Below are positions 1-13,074 of a stretch of DNA of 64,000 bases, piece by piece; positions within the stretch are counted from its first letter, which is position 1, and each line of letters starts with the position of its first letter. The stretch is taken from the NCBI GenBank assembly GCA_028534125.1, contig CM052816.1, positions 84,074,001-84,138,000 on the forward strand. The letters run 5' to 3'. The position numbers and the translations under genes are program-made. The notes beneath the pieces were generated by a model. The model was not told the origin of the DNA, searched no databases, and worked only from the letters and a program-made list of their open reading frames with translations. The DNA comes from Lama glama. Lineage: Eukaryota.

Positions 1-1462
1 TAAAATTATTACAGCTAAGTGGTTTGCCCTTGAAATTCAGGGATGACTGTTATGTATTTTGATTCTTATATTTTATATAGTAGTAAGTTCATTTGGTTCA
101 GAATCCTAAACGTTTCCAAATGACTACAGTTCTTCCAATGCTAAGCAGTTTGGGAAATTGCCTTGGATCTCATTTTTCTTAATTACTCATCATCTATACT
201 ATGCCATCCAGACAAGAGAACAGTGAAGTAAAAAAGCATTGTTGACTTTTTTGGTTACATAAAAAGTCTTCCTACTAGCGTTTATTGATATGGATTTTTT
301 TTTAAGTGCAAGCACTAAAATCATTGAGAGTATAAGATAACATGTCTTAAATTCTGTTGTTTCTGTTAGATAGCCTCTGCTATAGAAATTCTGTTTTGAA
401 TGATAGTCACAAAAATCCACAAAATCAGATGTATAAAACTTTATATGCATTAGAATATATTAGCTCAAATTTAGCTTAAACCTGATTTTAGAAAAATTAC
501 AGTGCCTAACGGAAAGTCAAGTTAAAGCTTGTTGTAACTTGTGATAAAAACAAAAGATCATATGTTCGTACCATTCTACACTTCGTACTATGTAGGGCAT
601 GGGATTTCTAATACTCTTCGTATCTTTGGCTTAATCTCATAAAGGTAGCATTAAAATGTTCAGTAATTTTTCAGAAAGATTAACAACGTAAAACAACATA
701 CATGTTAATATATGATCTAGGATTTACTAAAGGAAAGATGAACTCCCTTTCTGAAACTTAGTGACTATTGATTTATTCAATCCAAATGAAATTAAAATTT
801 TAGGATGCAGTTCAGTCAAATGAGTTCAGTTTCCCTTACTTTCTCTATTCAGTGTAAGCTAAATATTTAAGTATAAACTCCACTGTCTTTCGTCTGGTGA
901 TAATGTGTTAGACACAATGGTGTTCCACCAACTCAGTCTATTCAGCCCCACTATTTTCCTGGCCTTCTTTCATCTAGGGGAAGTGGTGTAGCATGTGTCC
1001 AACAATGAGATGAAAACAAGTCACTGAGTCAAGCTTTTGGGAATGTTTGAAGAATGGCGAGGCCCACAGGCATGCAAGTATGCTTTTGCACTTAGACACT
1101 TAATGTTTTTTCCACCCTTTCCCTTTTATGCTTAGAAAAATGGCAGGTTGTCAGATCATCTGCCATTCTATGAATTGGAGAATAGAATCCACATGTTAAA
1201 GATGACGGAGCAGGAAGAGAATATACCTGGGCAATGGTCAGGAGCTATCTTTTTAATAATGGCTTACAACAACACTCCTGAGAGAGAAGTGGAGGATAAG
1301 AGGGACTGACAATAAAGAATGTTCTTTTATGTTTCTCTCCCTTGTTTGCACCCTTTCTTTCAGAAAGAACACCATCATAGGATAATGTGCTCAAAAAATA
1401 CTCAATATTTTTAGATAATTTATTCAATATGCTTTACAGAAGAAGAAAAAAATACACTGCAT

Positions 1463-2081
1463 GCTATGGTTCATAGAATTGTACGAATATCTCCCCAAGA
1501 TTTTCTGTTCCCTAGTGATTCAATGAAACCTTAATATAGGTACCGCTGTGAAGAGACTTTGCTCACGGAATTAAGGTTACTAATCCATTGATTTATAGTA
1601 GGAAGATTATCCTGGATTATCTGGGTGGACCTAATGTAATCACATAAGCCCTGAAAGCCAAAGAGGTGAACAGAATAGTTAGCCAAAGATATGAGGCTAG
1701 AGAGATTTGAAGAATTAAAGAGTCTTGACCCACTCTTGCTGGTTTGAAGATGGAGGAATGGGGCCAGGACCCAAGGAAGGCTAGCAGCCTTGAGAAACTG
1801 GGAAAGACCCTTATTCTGGGCCAACAGAGAGCAAGAAAACAAGGATTTTAGCCCTAAAACCACAAGGAAGTGAATCCTATCAACCACTTACATAATCATG
1901 GAAGTGGATTCTCCCTTAAAGTCTCCAGAAAGGAGCACAGCCCTGCTGGTGCCTTGACTTTAGCCTTCTGAGACTCCAGCAAGCTAGGCTTCAGACTGAC
2001 TGAACTGTGAGATAATGTTTGTGTTGTTTTAAGCCTCTAAATTTGTAATAATGTGTTGTTGTAACATTATGAAACTAATAG
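1463..2081 (+). mobile_element. MaLR solo LTR (MLT1D/E-like)
   Basis: Carries typical MLT1 motifs: 'ggaagattatcctggattatctgggtggacctaatgtaatcac', 'cagccctgctggtgccttgactttagcc' and 'tgtgttgttttaagcc', ending in 'gaaactaata'. Confidence 0.85.
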
Positions 2082-3531
2082 TCATAGTAATATAAGAGAA
2101 TTTGTTTAGGAAATTAGCAAAAAAAGTCTTAACATATTAACCTTTCAAAAATTATTTTAATTAAATTTTAATGTGGAGGTCAGAGACCAGAACACTGAAA
2201 AATTACTACCAAGAGTTCAGTGTTTTAATGGAGAAAAGGGAAGTAAAGGTCATGAAATACAGTCAAAGTGGATAATGTGTAGTAGGCACTGTGGGTGCCT
2301 CTTTGTGGGTGGGTTTCCCATCAGAAGTATAAAAAATAAATGCCAAAAAACTAGACTACTTCATAGTTTTCACTCATGTCAATTTCTCCAAAAATTTTAT
2401 ATGAATTACTATAATGTCAACAAAACTTTGATTTTACTAGTATTTATACTGTGTAACGCTCAGGTTTAAACTATAATGATATGGTTTACTGGGAAATACA
2501 GGAAATTTATAATTATGTGTGTTTAAGTTTTTTTTTGCGTGAAAAAAGTAGGTGATGAAGAATATATAATCCCATCTATTTACTCTTTTTGTTAATGTAT
2601 TGAAGTGATGCTTTCTTAAAAAAGAAAAAAAAATGTAGAGCACAATTGAAATGAAAGGAATATAATACTATGAACCACTCATTCGTATTAGTGATATATT
2701 CAATCAATTCAAAAGTATTAACTGAATAACTATTATGTCCAATTATTTTTATACATAAATTTACCTATACTGCCACAACACAATGTATATTTTAATGTAT
2801 TTAAAGTATTTTACACACACACACAATAAGACGGATGATTATTAAATTTTTACCTTGAAATATCTTATTGAGTGATTAAATGGTAGCTGACACAGAGTAG
2901 AGTGAATAGTACCAACTATTATTTCATCATCCACTTATAATATGAAAACGTATTAAATAAAGAGTCAGTGTTGTTATTTATCTGAGTACCTAAGAAAGTA
3001 CTTAATGTATAGGCACATAAATATGCTCTTGTAGTGAACTGTATATTAAAACTTATAAATTTAAGCAAGAACTTGACCAAGAATAAATGTATAACTGAAT
3101 ACTTACATTCTGTCATTTTGATGAAAATTTTCAAAATAACACTCAAAAACCAAAATTAAGTTTCTTCTAATTATTTGATATCTTTCATTCTTTAAACAAG
3201 TATCACATGAGTTCTTGCCTTGCAGTGGGTGTTGCTGAAGACGTTTAGGGTATGGAAATGAATAAATACAGTAGCTGGCTTAAAGAATTTCCTGGATATG
3301 TTAGAATGTTTACCAAACACAATGCCTGAAGATGTTTGTCAAAGCTTTATTCAGCATCCAGCAAAGGGTGGAGGAGTAGAGTGCTTAACTCAAGGTATGC
3401 CGTTTGCTTTTGTCTGCTCGCTTGCTGGGGAAAAATTAGTGAAACCAGCTGAGAAAAAAAGTCATGTGATATTATTGTTTAATTATTGTGAAATGGTAAA
3501 TAAAAGAATATTTAATATAGAAATATTAAAT

Positions 3532-3651
3532 TATTTTATGGTGGACAAATTACACGTGTTTGCATTGATTTTTTAAAATGATAATATATTCTATTTTACG
3601 GTGAACAAATTACATGTGTTTGCACTGATTTTTTAAAATGATAATATATTC
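3532..3651. repeat. 60-bp tandem duplication (2 copies)
   Basis: The unit 'tattttatggtggacaaattacacgtgtttgcattgattttttaaaatgataatatattc' repeats directly at a 60-bp offset with 4 substitutions. Confidence 0.95.
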
Positions 3652-3859
3652 ATGTTCATTATGAACTTTAGAAAAAGTACAAGTGGAAAAAGAGAAATGA
3701 GTTATATTTTTCAGTATTGAGTTGAGGGGAAAACATTCCAGGGTGGCCACAGAAGATGCAACTTGCAGGGTGGTGAAAACTCACAGAACCTCTGAGAGAT
3801 GACAAGGGATTTCTTGTAGACGGCAGTGACAAGGGAAGAGTCTGAGGAACAAGCAGGAG

Positions 3860-4210
3860 CAAAATCACAAAAGATCTCAAATCTACTGCCATCGAGCATT
3901 TGACGTCAAGGTAGGCTAGGGGAAGTCGATGACAGATGTGAGTTACAGAGGAATGACCTTATTTCCATTTCAGAACAATCACACTGGCAAGGTGGAGGAT
4001 GGTCACAATGGAGGCCAAGATGTGAGCACTCAAATGAAAAAATAATGAGCACTAGCATTAACCCAGTGCCAGGGAAAATAGGGTGAAGGAGAAGAATTCG
4101 AGAAAGATTTAAGACATAAAGTCCACAAGACTTCCTGATTGATTTGAAATGAAGAGAAGGAACAGCCAAAGGAGGATTCAAGAACCACCCCAATTTACTG
4201 GTTATCAAAA
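3860..4210 (-). mobile_element. L2 LINE fragment
   Basis: Purine-rich 'agaaagatttaagacataaagtccacaagacttcctgattgatttgaaatg...ggattcaagaaccacccc' resembles antisense L2. Boundaries are approximate. Confidence 0.6.
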
Positions 4211-5504
4211 CTTAACTCATCACCTATACTTGTTGTAACTATGAATTGAGATCGAAAAAAAATCCTATTTACACTTAGATTTTCAGAATTATGCCAAACA
4301 TTTCCTAATAAAGTTTGTCTATAAATTATATATCCTTCTGTTTTTTTCCTAACACTCAAAGGCAGTAATTTTACTTCTCATGTAATCATGGTATATGTAG
4401 CATGAAAAATATTAAATGCAGAATATTTCCTTCAATAAGCCTTTTTTCATACATTTGAATATTTCAAAGCATAGTATGTTATATTACCTTAAAGTAGAAA
4501 TAAAAAAATACATAGTTAATTCTAAAAGACTGTAATTATAAAATACAAATGTGCAATCAATACAATCTAACTACATTTTTAAAATATTAAAAAATCAAGT
4601 ATTTGTCCAAATTCCTTGCCCGCTGGTTTGCAGCAGCAGTAATTCAGGTGAAAGCTATCATGCAATGCACATGAGGTTGATTTTTCTACAGTCTTGCTGA
4701 AAGGATGCTGGAAGTGTATATTTTGTGCCAAACTGGAATCGTTTTCTTGATGATAGTCTACACATAAGACAAAACTTTGCATTTTATGAGTTGTCAGTTC
4801 ATGTGGGTGAGTCAAATCATTTATTACTATTAAGAACTTTGAAAAATGTGTTATTCTTGATTTCCAACAATATTATAAGACACTGAAATGGCACACATAT
4901 TTGTAGAAAAAATAATATACACATAAACAAAACAGGGCAAAATCAACAACAAAAAAATACACATGATCCCAATAACATTCATATATATATGGATGGTGGG
5001 GTGGGGGAGAGAGAGAAGGATAGCTAGGTGATTACAGAATGTGACTTCCTGAGCAAAGTCTACCACTGCAGGGATTACAGGAATCCAGGGTGAGCAGGGA
5101 TATTCTGAATCCAGTATATAAAAATGCCCAGTCACCAGGAAAGCACAGTGTGGTGTGAACACACTGGTCAATCTCGGGGCAACTGGAGGCTGCCAAACAG
5201 CTAGCCTTCCCTCAGAAGTTTTCCTGGAATAGAGATATAAGCAAGACACCTCCCATCCATCCCTTACTTTGCACAGACCCTCTTCTTTATGTGTGTTTGG
5301 AAAACAGCTCTTCCATACCTCTTGTCTGTGCTTCCTAGGGGAGACTTCCGAGACGTTAGTGGGATGAGGTCCAGCTGCTGTTGCTGCAGGTGGGTTCTGA
5401 GGACCTTTAACACGTGCCATCTCCCTTCTCAAATTAGCCATACTAATTTCCTCTCATCCTGAACTATTACCAAAGGACTTGGAAGTTTACCTGGCTTTGT
5501 GGCC

Positions 5505-5680
5505 CAGAACTAGCTTCATGATTACAGTGTCCAGTGCAAAATGGAATGCAAAACTTCATGTCTAAAACTTACTAAGAATTTCAAGACAGTGACAGCAAAG
5601 CGATAAACTAAGCATGGCATTCTTTTAAGTCTGGGGCCCTTCATGACTGCATAGGTCAAACGACAACGATGCTGGCCCTG
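5505..5680 (-). mobile_element. hAT-Tip100 MITE, MER45A-like, with 8-bp TSD
   Basis: The body matches the reversed MER45A ('ccagtgcaaaatg', 'aagaatttcaagac', 'ggggccct...gactgca.aggtc', 'gctggccctg'). It has CAG...CTG ends and is flanked by ttgtggcc (5497-5504) and ctgtggcc (5681-5688). Confidence 0.85.
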
Positions 5681-6092
5681 CTGTGGCCCAAACCCCAATT
5701 TCTAAAGGGACTGAGACTTGGTAATCACCCTGTGTCTGGCTGGGGTTGCTGCATCAATCAGTTCACAGATACAGCTCGGTTAGTACCAAATATTCTAATG
5801 AGAATGCACAATGTATTAATGAACTAGGCACGAGGAACTGGGTTAATATCGAGATTTTAAATGTGGAAACTGTAAACTGGAACTTAGAATCCATTAAATT
5901 ATAAAAATGACAAATTCTACTTGAAAAATGCTTCAATATTTATGCCTGTTGAATAGTATTCTTTTTACTATAAGTTACTTTGTTTTCATTTGTGATTAGA
6001 TCCTCCTATTTCTTGAAAAGACCTCTGATTAAAAAATTAAAAAAAAAATCTTGAAGTTTTGTGATTACATAAATACATTATAAGCTAATTGA

Positions 6093-6732
6093 ACTTCCTG
6101 GACATATATTCAGAGGGAACCTTAATTCAAAAAGACAACTGCACCCCAATGTTCATAGCAGCACTATTTACAATAGCCAAGACATGGAAACAACCTAAAT
6201 GTCCATCGACAGATGACTGGATAAAGAAGTTGTGGTATATTTATATAATGGAATACTACTTAGCCAAAAAAATACAACAGTGTCATGCAGCAACATGGAT
6301 GGCTCTAGAGAATGTCATTCTAAGTGAAGTTAAGCCAGAAAGAGAAAGAAAAATATCATATGATATCACTCATATGTAGAATCTAAAAAAAAAAACAAAA
6401 AAACAAAAAAAACAACAAAAAAAACCAAATGAACTTATTTATAAAACAGAAACAGACTTGCAGACCAGACATAGAAAACTCACTTATGGTTACCAGAGGG
6501 GAAGGGGATAAATTGGAAGTTTGAGATTTGCAGATACTGACTGGTATATATAAAATAGATAAACAAGTTTATACTGTATAGCACAGGGAATTATATTCAA
6601 TATCTTGTAGTAGCTTAGGGTGAAAAAGACTATGAAAACAAATATATGTATATTCATATATGACTGAAGCAATGTGCTGCACACCAGAAATTGACACAAC
6701 ATTGTAAACTGACTATACTTCAATTAAAAAAA
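6093..6732 (+). mobile_element. Young 5'-truncated L1 (ORF2 C-terminus + 3'UTR + A-tail)
   Basis: ORF 6089-6379 gives the L1 ORF2 C-terminal motif [35 protein letters not shown]. The 3'UTR has an internal A/C-rich tract (6385-6425) and ends 'acttcaattaaaaaaa'. Confidence 0.95.
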
Positions 6733-7297
6733 GTAGTAAACCAATTGAGATAAAGATTGATATTTAAAATTCTCATGTTCTTAAGAGTTGACAGCTTGTG
6801 AAAAATAAATTAAAAAACAAAATAATACTTAATGAGAAATACAAAATTTATCTGGTGAAGTATAAAAATATCTTGTTGGAGAGATGAAAATGTCCTTCCC
6901 AGGAATTATTAATAATAATAAATATTTACAAAGTAACTTCTAGGAAAATTTTTAATTGCTTTGCATATATTTTCTTATCATATGATAGATGCCCCATTTT
7001 ATGGATAAGGAAACAAAATGATTAGATCTAGGTGAAAATTTATGAGTTATAGTCTCAGTCAGTTTTAAGATTAATTACAAATTAATCTAATTCATATGTT
7101 AGTATAAATTAATTGTGTTTTGAATCAGTTACTTTTAGAAATTTGTTATAATTGTACCCAAAAAGAAAAACATATTCCTAAGTTTGATTAGAGTGGAAAG
7201 TGGTCATCTTTTAGGAACTAAGTAATACATAATCTTTATGTGCAATCCCGGTGCCCAGGAAGATCTGCCTGCCTATCGTAAGTTGTTGTTGTTGTTG

Positions 7298-7500
7298 CTT
7301 TTAAATAACAACTTTATTGAGATGTGATTTAGATACCATATTCCACCACTTTGTGCAATATTTAGTATTAGTGGTAAAGAGTTCAGTGTTCACCATATTC
7401 ACAGAGTTCTGTAAGCATCACCATTGTTTCATTTTGGAATAGTTGCATCACCCCAAAAAGAAATGCCATGCCCCTTAGCTGTCTCTCCCTCAGTCTTCCT
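7298..7500 (-). mobile_element. Old L1 (L1MB-like) 3' end fragment
   Basis: 'ttttaaatacaactttattgagatgtgatttagataccat...atattcacagagtt...catcaccccaaaaagaaa' is typical antisense L1M 3'UTR. Confidence 0.75.
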
Positions 7501-9094
7501 TTTCTGTAACTCCTTTGTAAGTTTTCCAAAATTGAAAAAATTCACCTTGAATCTTAGTCTAAGGCCTCATTTTTTGTTTGCTTGTTTTTTAGCTGTGAAA
7601 GACTTCTTTGATTTAAGAAGTTTATGGAAATTTTGTTTTTAAAAAAATTTACAATGATAAATATTGAGAGATCAATATTAATGTTAATTTAAGTGCTCTA
7701 CTAGATATTATAATAAAATGTATGTTTTTCCTTATGTCGTATGTTTAAGATGGGCTGCTTTTAAATTTTAGCCATTTAACATGACTCTGCATTGAATTTC
7801 TAGGGTATCTGTGCATTTACCAGAAAACGTTAAAAATGTTCAGAATTCTGTGCCCTCTCACTCCTTCTCCTGCTGCCCCTCGGATTGGGATATCATGTTT
7901 CTCCAGAATCACTGGAATATCCTACATACATTTATTAATATCGCTATTCCAATCCTCAAAATTAAAAGCAAAACTACCACGATAGATTTATAAGGAAACA
8001 ATTTAGAAGTCCTCATGAGAACAAAAATTACCCTGGGTGTTGATAGAAAAGAAAAAAAATACAGTTAGAAGATAGGAGGTCAAATTCAAAGCAATCTCGT
8101 AACTTGTGAGTCAACACACATGTTAGTTAGTTTACTGCCCTTTTCTTCGTGTTTTACCATGAATATTGATTTAAGACACATCTTATTTCTGTGTTTATTG
8201 CTATTTTTAGAAAATTTCATTGTGTATTCAGGAGTGACTAAAATTAAGGCAAATGTGGGACCAATTCCCCAATTTTATAATTTTATAAAGTGTACATCTT
8301 GATCGCTTACTTTATCTACGTCACTGAACAAGTAGGAATATTTGCATCGTTGGGGAAGCTCGTTTAAACCTTTGCTAAGGAACAGCAAATCTGTTATCTT
8401 GAGTTACAATCAGAACCAAGCAACTTTGGGAAGAGTAAATGAAAATCCCTGACTTATCGGCGAAAAGGAAGGGGAGTAATTAAGTATGTGGAAAGTACAT
8501 AAATCTTCAAGCTGCTGCTAAAGAAATATATGTTTCTTTTCCTCTTCAGCTGCAACTGTTAGGCTCATTTCAAGCTAGTGTCCTTTATATCAAAGTGTTC
8601 ATTTGTCACATGTTATTTATTTGTTATTTAGGACCTTCTCATAGTCGTTTAATCAAATCCACTGAACATGAACTGAGTTCTTTCTAAGTGACAAGCAAAG
8701 TGCTGGGTTAGGAGCACAGCAGGGTTTAAGAAATCTTCTGTATCTTCAAGGAAATTAGATAACGTATATTTACACACAGGCCGACGGTTTGTGTAATAGA
8801 AGATAAATACTAAGATATAAAATGCACTAAGCTATGCTTTAGGAGTTTAAATGAGTGTATTTATCTCCCCTTGGAGTTTCAAGGGGAGTACATCTAAACT
8901 GTACAGGAAAATGTGAGCAAAACATTAAGAAAAATAATTATATGAAGGTCAAAATATGAAACCTTAGCCCACAAGTGTGTAGGGCAAAGTATAAATGGCA
9001 ATGATTCTTTAGAAATGTATGAGGGACAGAGTGAGGGGATAAGCCACGGAGTTGTAGGCTAGAGCTATACTATCCATCCCTGAAAGGGAAGTGG

Positions 9095-9290
9095 TGCAGG
9101 ACCAGGGGCAGACTCCAGTTAATCTGCCTCATGGGAATCCTGACGTCACTTAACTACCTGGGTGTCTTTGGCCAAATTATTTACTTCTCTCTACCTAAAT
9201 CCCTTAATCTATAAATTATACCTGAGAGGTGATAAAGGCTTAAATACGATGAGATATGTAAGATATGTCAGTCCTCCCTAGACCAAAAAA
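9095..9290 (+). mobile_element. MIR SINE
   Basis: Core-like 'gaatcctgacgtcacttaactacctgggtgtctttggccaaattatttacttctctctacc...ctataaa'. Confidence 0.7.
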
Positions 9291-10272
9291 TATAATCTAT
9301 TATTTCATCAAACCAATTATTTATAGATAACTTTCGTTATTCAACTAGTATTTACTTATTCATGTTGTGTTTCAATTAATATTTAAAACAAGTGTCCTGT
9401 GGCTGGCCCTTGTTATTGATCATTTTTGCCCCTTGTCATTATCAATGTTCACCTTTCCATATCATGATACATTAGACATCCTCTTACGAGTTTCCAACTC
9501 AGAATGTTTGTGTCTTATGAATTTCATTCCAACACTTAGAGACTTCCTACATTATAATATTTCCAATTTATAATTTTTTAGTCATTTAAAGTTTGGTATT
9601 ACTCAAATATTCCAAGAGAAATCTCCTTAAGGAGCTGGGTGTACCACTTATTGTAGCTCAGGTTTAGAGAAAGTACAGGCAATTAGAGAAAACTAACAAA
9701 TTTTAGCCTTCAGCCTGAAGAGTCCCCAGAATATACAACAGTGTTTTTTTTGTTTTTTGGTTTTTTTTTGAGCTGGGAGTAAGGGAAGGGGGCAGGTAGA
9801 CCTTGTCTTATCTAAAGAGCTCTTTGGAGCAGAAAGAACACTGTGTGGGGATAGAGGCTGGATGAGAGCACTGAAATCCACCCTTCTTCTGTGGTTGACT
9901 AACAAGGCTTGCTATTCCCATGGTTGTCCTTACCATTCAGTCATGCAGGGATGAGTTGGGGGAGTACAAATGTAAGGGGCTGCAGTGAACAAAGAGCACA
10001 GAGGTTCACTGAGCAACTATAAAGGACTCGTTCACAAAGGCATGAGACTTGGGCGCTCAGTGCATCTCACAATACAGGAGATTCAAAAAAAACACAAAAT
10101 TAATTCACTCACAATACTAAAATAATCACCAGTATCACAAAAGATGGAATGCCCAGCTTCACTGCTTAGAGAAGCCTCAGAATGAATCACAAACAGAACA
10201 AAGGACAGGTTTCAGCTAAGATAGAAAGGAAGGGTCAAGTAAAATTAATGATACTAGCCAGCAAATGGAACA

Positions 10273-10771
10273 TGTGAAAAAGGACAAATCTGACTCCATA
10301 CTGGATCTGTTTCATTTACTTTAACAGTTTTATTTTGTTGCTTTCCCTACAAGTTAATAACTTAAGGAATGTTGCATATGGCCTGAAATATACAGGATAG
10401 ACCATTCTCAAGGCTCTGATTTTTAAAGTATAACTCTTTTCCATTCATATAGAGATAAAAATGTGCAGAACAGAAAATAAGATTTGTCTTGTTGGAAGTT
10501 TATAGGAACACTCTGACTGGACCTATGTGGACAGCTGCAAGAACAAAGAATTCAGACACCAAGAAGTTTGCAACAGGTCACACCTCCTCCTCTTTTAGTA
10601 TAAAAGAAGACTGATTCTAACTCAGGTAAGGTGTTTCTTTGGGACACTAGTCCACCATCTTCTCAGTCTACTGGCTTTCTGAAAAAAGTCACTATTCCTT
10701 ACCCCAGCAACTTGTTTCTCAATTTATTGTCCTGCTGTGTAGTGAGCAGTAAGAACTTGGACTCAGTAACA
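10273..10771 (+). mobile_element. ERV1-type solo LTR
   Basis: TG...CA termini, with a TATAAAA box at ~10599 and an LTR-like end 'gaacttggactcagtaaca'. The 4-bp flanks aaca/aata are consistent with a decayed ERV1 TSD. Confidence 0.8.
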
Positions 10772-10779
10772 AATAGAGT

Positions 10780-11660
10780 TCTCCACAGCTATGGCCAAGG
10801 AGAAGAGAAATTGCCTGACAATGACAGAAAAATACTCTTTTTTTTTTTTTAGAAAAAATAGCACCAAAAAGACAGAAAAGAACCAAATCTTAGAGAAAAA
10901 TTACTTCCAGGTACAGAAGAAATATTTCCATAGAGATTTAATGATAAAATAAATCCAATAAACAGGAACTCAGAACTGAAAAGGAAGCCCACAGAGAATA
11001 AAGCAAATCTCAGTCAAACTAATAAATGATTAGACATGGCAAGTAAGAGAACAGATGCAGCTGAAAATGGAATCACTGACCAAAAATAAAAAAGCAAAAA
11101 TGTACAAAATGATATAATTTGAAGAAATTAGGAAGGTAACAGATAATGAGTACAGAAGAAAATCATCCAATGAGAAGATAATTGGTATTTCTAGACACTT
11201 TAACAGTAAGAAAAGGATTTTAAACTACCATGTTTTTCTGAAAGGAAATTCATAAAAGAAAGTAACTGAATTTGAAACCCACAAAAGCACATTGGGAAAT
11301 GATACAGATAATTGACACTGAGATATATTCATTTTAAGTTGCAGAACTTCAAGAATATAAAAAAGAATTTAAGCAACCAGGCAGGAAAAAAAGCAATTTT
11401 CTTTTATGGGGTGAAATTCAAGCTGAGCCCAGATTTCTTACGAGTGCCAATCAGAGCCAGAAGACAAAGGAATCATCAGCACATTCTTCAGGTAAATAAA
11501 ATATGACCATATATCATACCTAATCAGGGTGCTACTCAGTTTTGAAGCTGAAACATATACATTGTCAAACTTGAAAAGCTTTTAAAAAAGGACATAATGC
11601 TCACTGGTCTTTCTTGAAGACAAATTTCAGCAAAAGACTAGAGAAGCAAGCAAAGGACTA
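10780..11660 (+). mobile_element. Degraded old L1 ORF1-region remnant
   Basis: Strongly A-rich + strand with L1 ORF1-like motifs ('agatatattcattttaagttgcagaacttcaagaatataaaaaagaattt', 'agccagaagacaaaggaatc'). Confidence 0.55.
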
Positions 11661-11674
11661 ATGTGATATTTGTT

Positions 11675-11998
11675 TTTCTTTTTTAATTTTCAATTAAAAA
11701 TTTTTTTAATTGAAATATACTCAGTTTACAATGTTGTGTCAATTTCTGGTGTACAGCACATTGCTTCAGTCATACATGAATATATATATTCATTTCCATA
11801 TTCTTTTTCACCTAAGCTACTACAAGATATTGAATACAGTTTCCTGTGCTATACAGTATAAGCTTGTTTATCTATTTTATATATACCAGTCAGTATCTGC
11901 AAATCTCGAACTCCCAATTTATCCCTTTCCACCCTCTTCCTCCCTGGTAAACAGAAGTTTGTTTTCTGTCTGTTTTACATGTAAGTTCATTTGTCTTT
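11675..11998 (-). mobile_element. Young L1 3'UTR fragment with 11-bp TSD
   Basis: Reverse complement of the 6470-6730 L1 tail, with the poly-T on the left. TSD tgatatttgtt at 11664-11674 and 11999-12009. Confidence 0.93.
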
Positions 11999-13074
11999 TG
12001 ATATTTGTTCATAGAAGACAGAAGTGTCATGTCTGAAAAGTTCTGAAAGTGTGAAATAAAAAATGTCTACTCAGCCATTTTTTTAGACTGAATAAAAGCA
12101 ACACTCAAACATTCACAAACATGCAGAAACCTAAGACACCTGTAAATGGCTTTCACAAATAATAAAAACAAAACAATGTGAAAAAAACAAATTAGACAAT
12201 TAAGTCCAATGAACTAAGAGATGAATGTGACAGAGTAACTTATGACTGGAGGAACTATGGTAAAGAAACTGGTGCCATGCTGAATTATGGCAAGGACCCA
12301 AACATGTTCACTACCAAGGCAAAGAAGACATGCAAGACTTCAGTGCATTTGAATTGCTGTTGATGTAATAACAGGAAATATCAGAAACATTCTGGCATTT
12401 TTTATACTTATTATAAATGTTGGAATAATTTTTAAAACAAGTGTGGATGAAGTGATATCCTAAAGCAATCTCTCTCTGGCCTTATATGCTGAAAGGACTT
12501 TCATCTATTTAAAAATGTAACTTATATGAAACAATTGTGGAATTGAAGGCTCTCATAGAAAAATCTAAGTAACAGAAATGATGAAAGTTGGAAGGGAATG
12601 GGTGGAGATGTGGGAGGAACTGTAGGTGATCTAATTCTCTGATCTTTCAAGAAGAATTCAATCCCAATTCAAATTATAAAGCTTTTTATATATATAAAAA
12701 GATAATGATCCAAACCTCAAATTATTTTTCATAATCTACTTTCTTTTAAATTCAGAGTAACATTTAAGAAGGAACTTGTATCTGAATAATACAAATTTGT
12801 ACCAGAAATTCATCATGCCTTTCACTATTATTTCAGCTTCTTTTAGTACTGCAAATCCAAGTAAAACTGTATTTTATGAATGTAGCACACATACAACAAC
12901 TCTCTAAAAAAAGAATAATTTTTTAAAAAGATGTAAGTGAATACATTATTAGGGAGGGGATCTCAGGAGGCAGCGGTGAAAAATGGAGAGAAACAAAACT
13001 AGAAAGAGGGCAAAAACAAAGAGATATTAATATTTCTTTTTATTTTGATCAACTTTTATTATACTTTAATGTAC

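Noticed and set aside
4851..5441. 196-aa minus-strand ORF, the longest in real sequence
   Set aside because: No recognisable domain. The C-terminal half is translated low-complexity AT-rich DNA, and there is no supporting gene structure.
12682..12701. Perfect 20-bp palindrome ctttttatatatataaaaag (and cctttttttaaaaaaagg at 23740-23757)
   Set aside because: Low-complexity A/T runs, expected by chance in AT-rich DNA.
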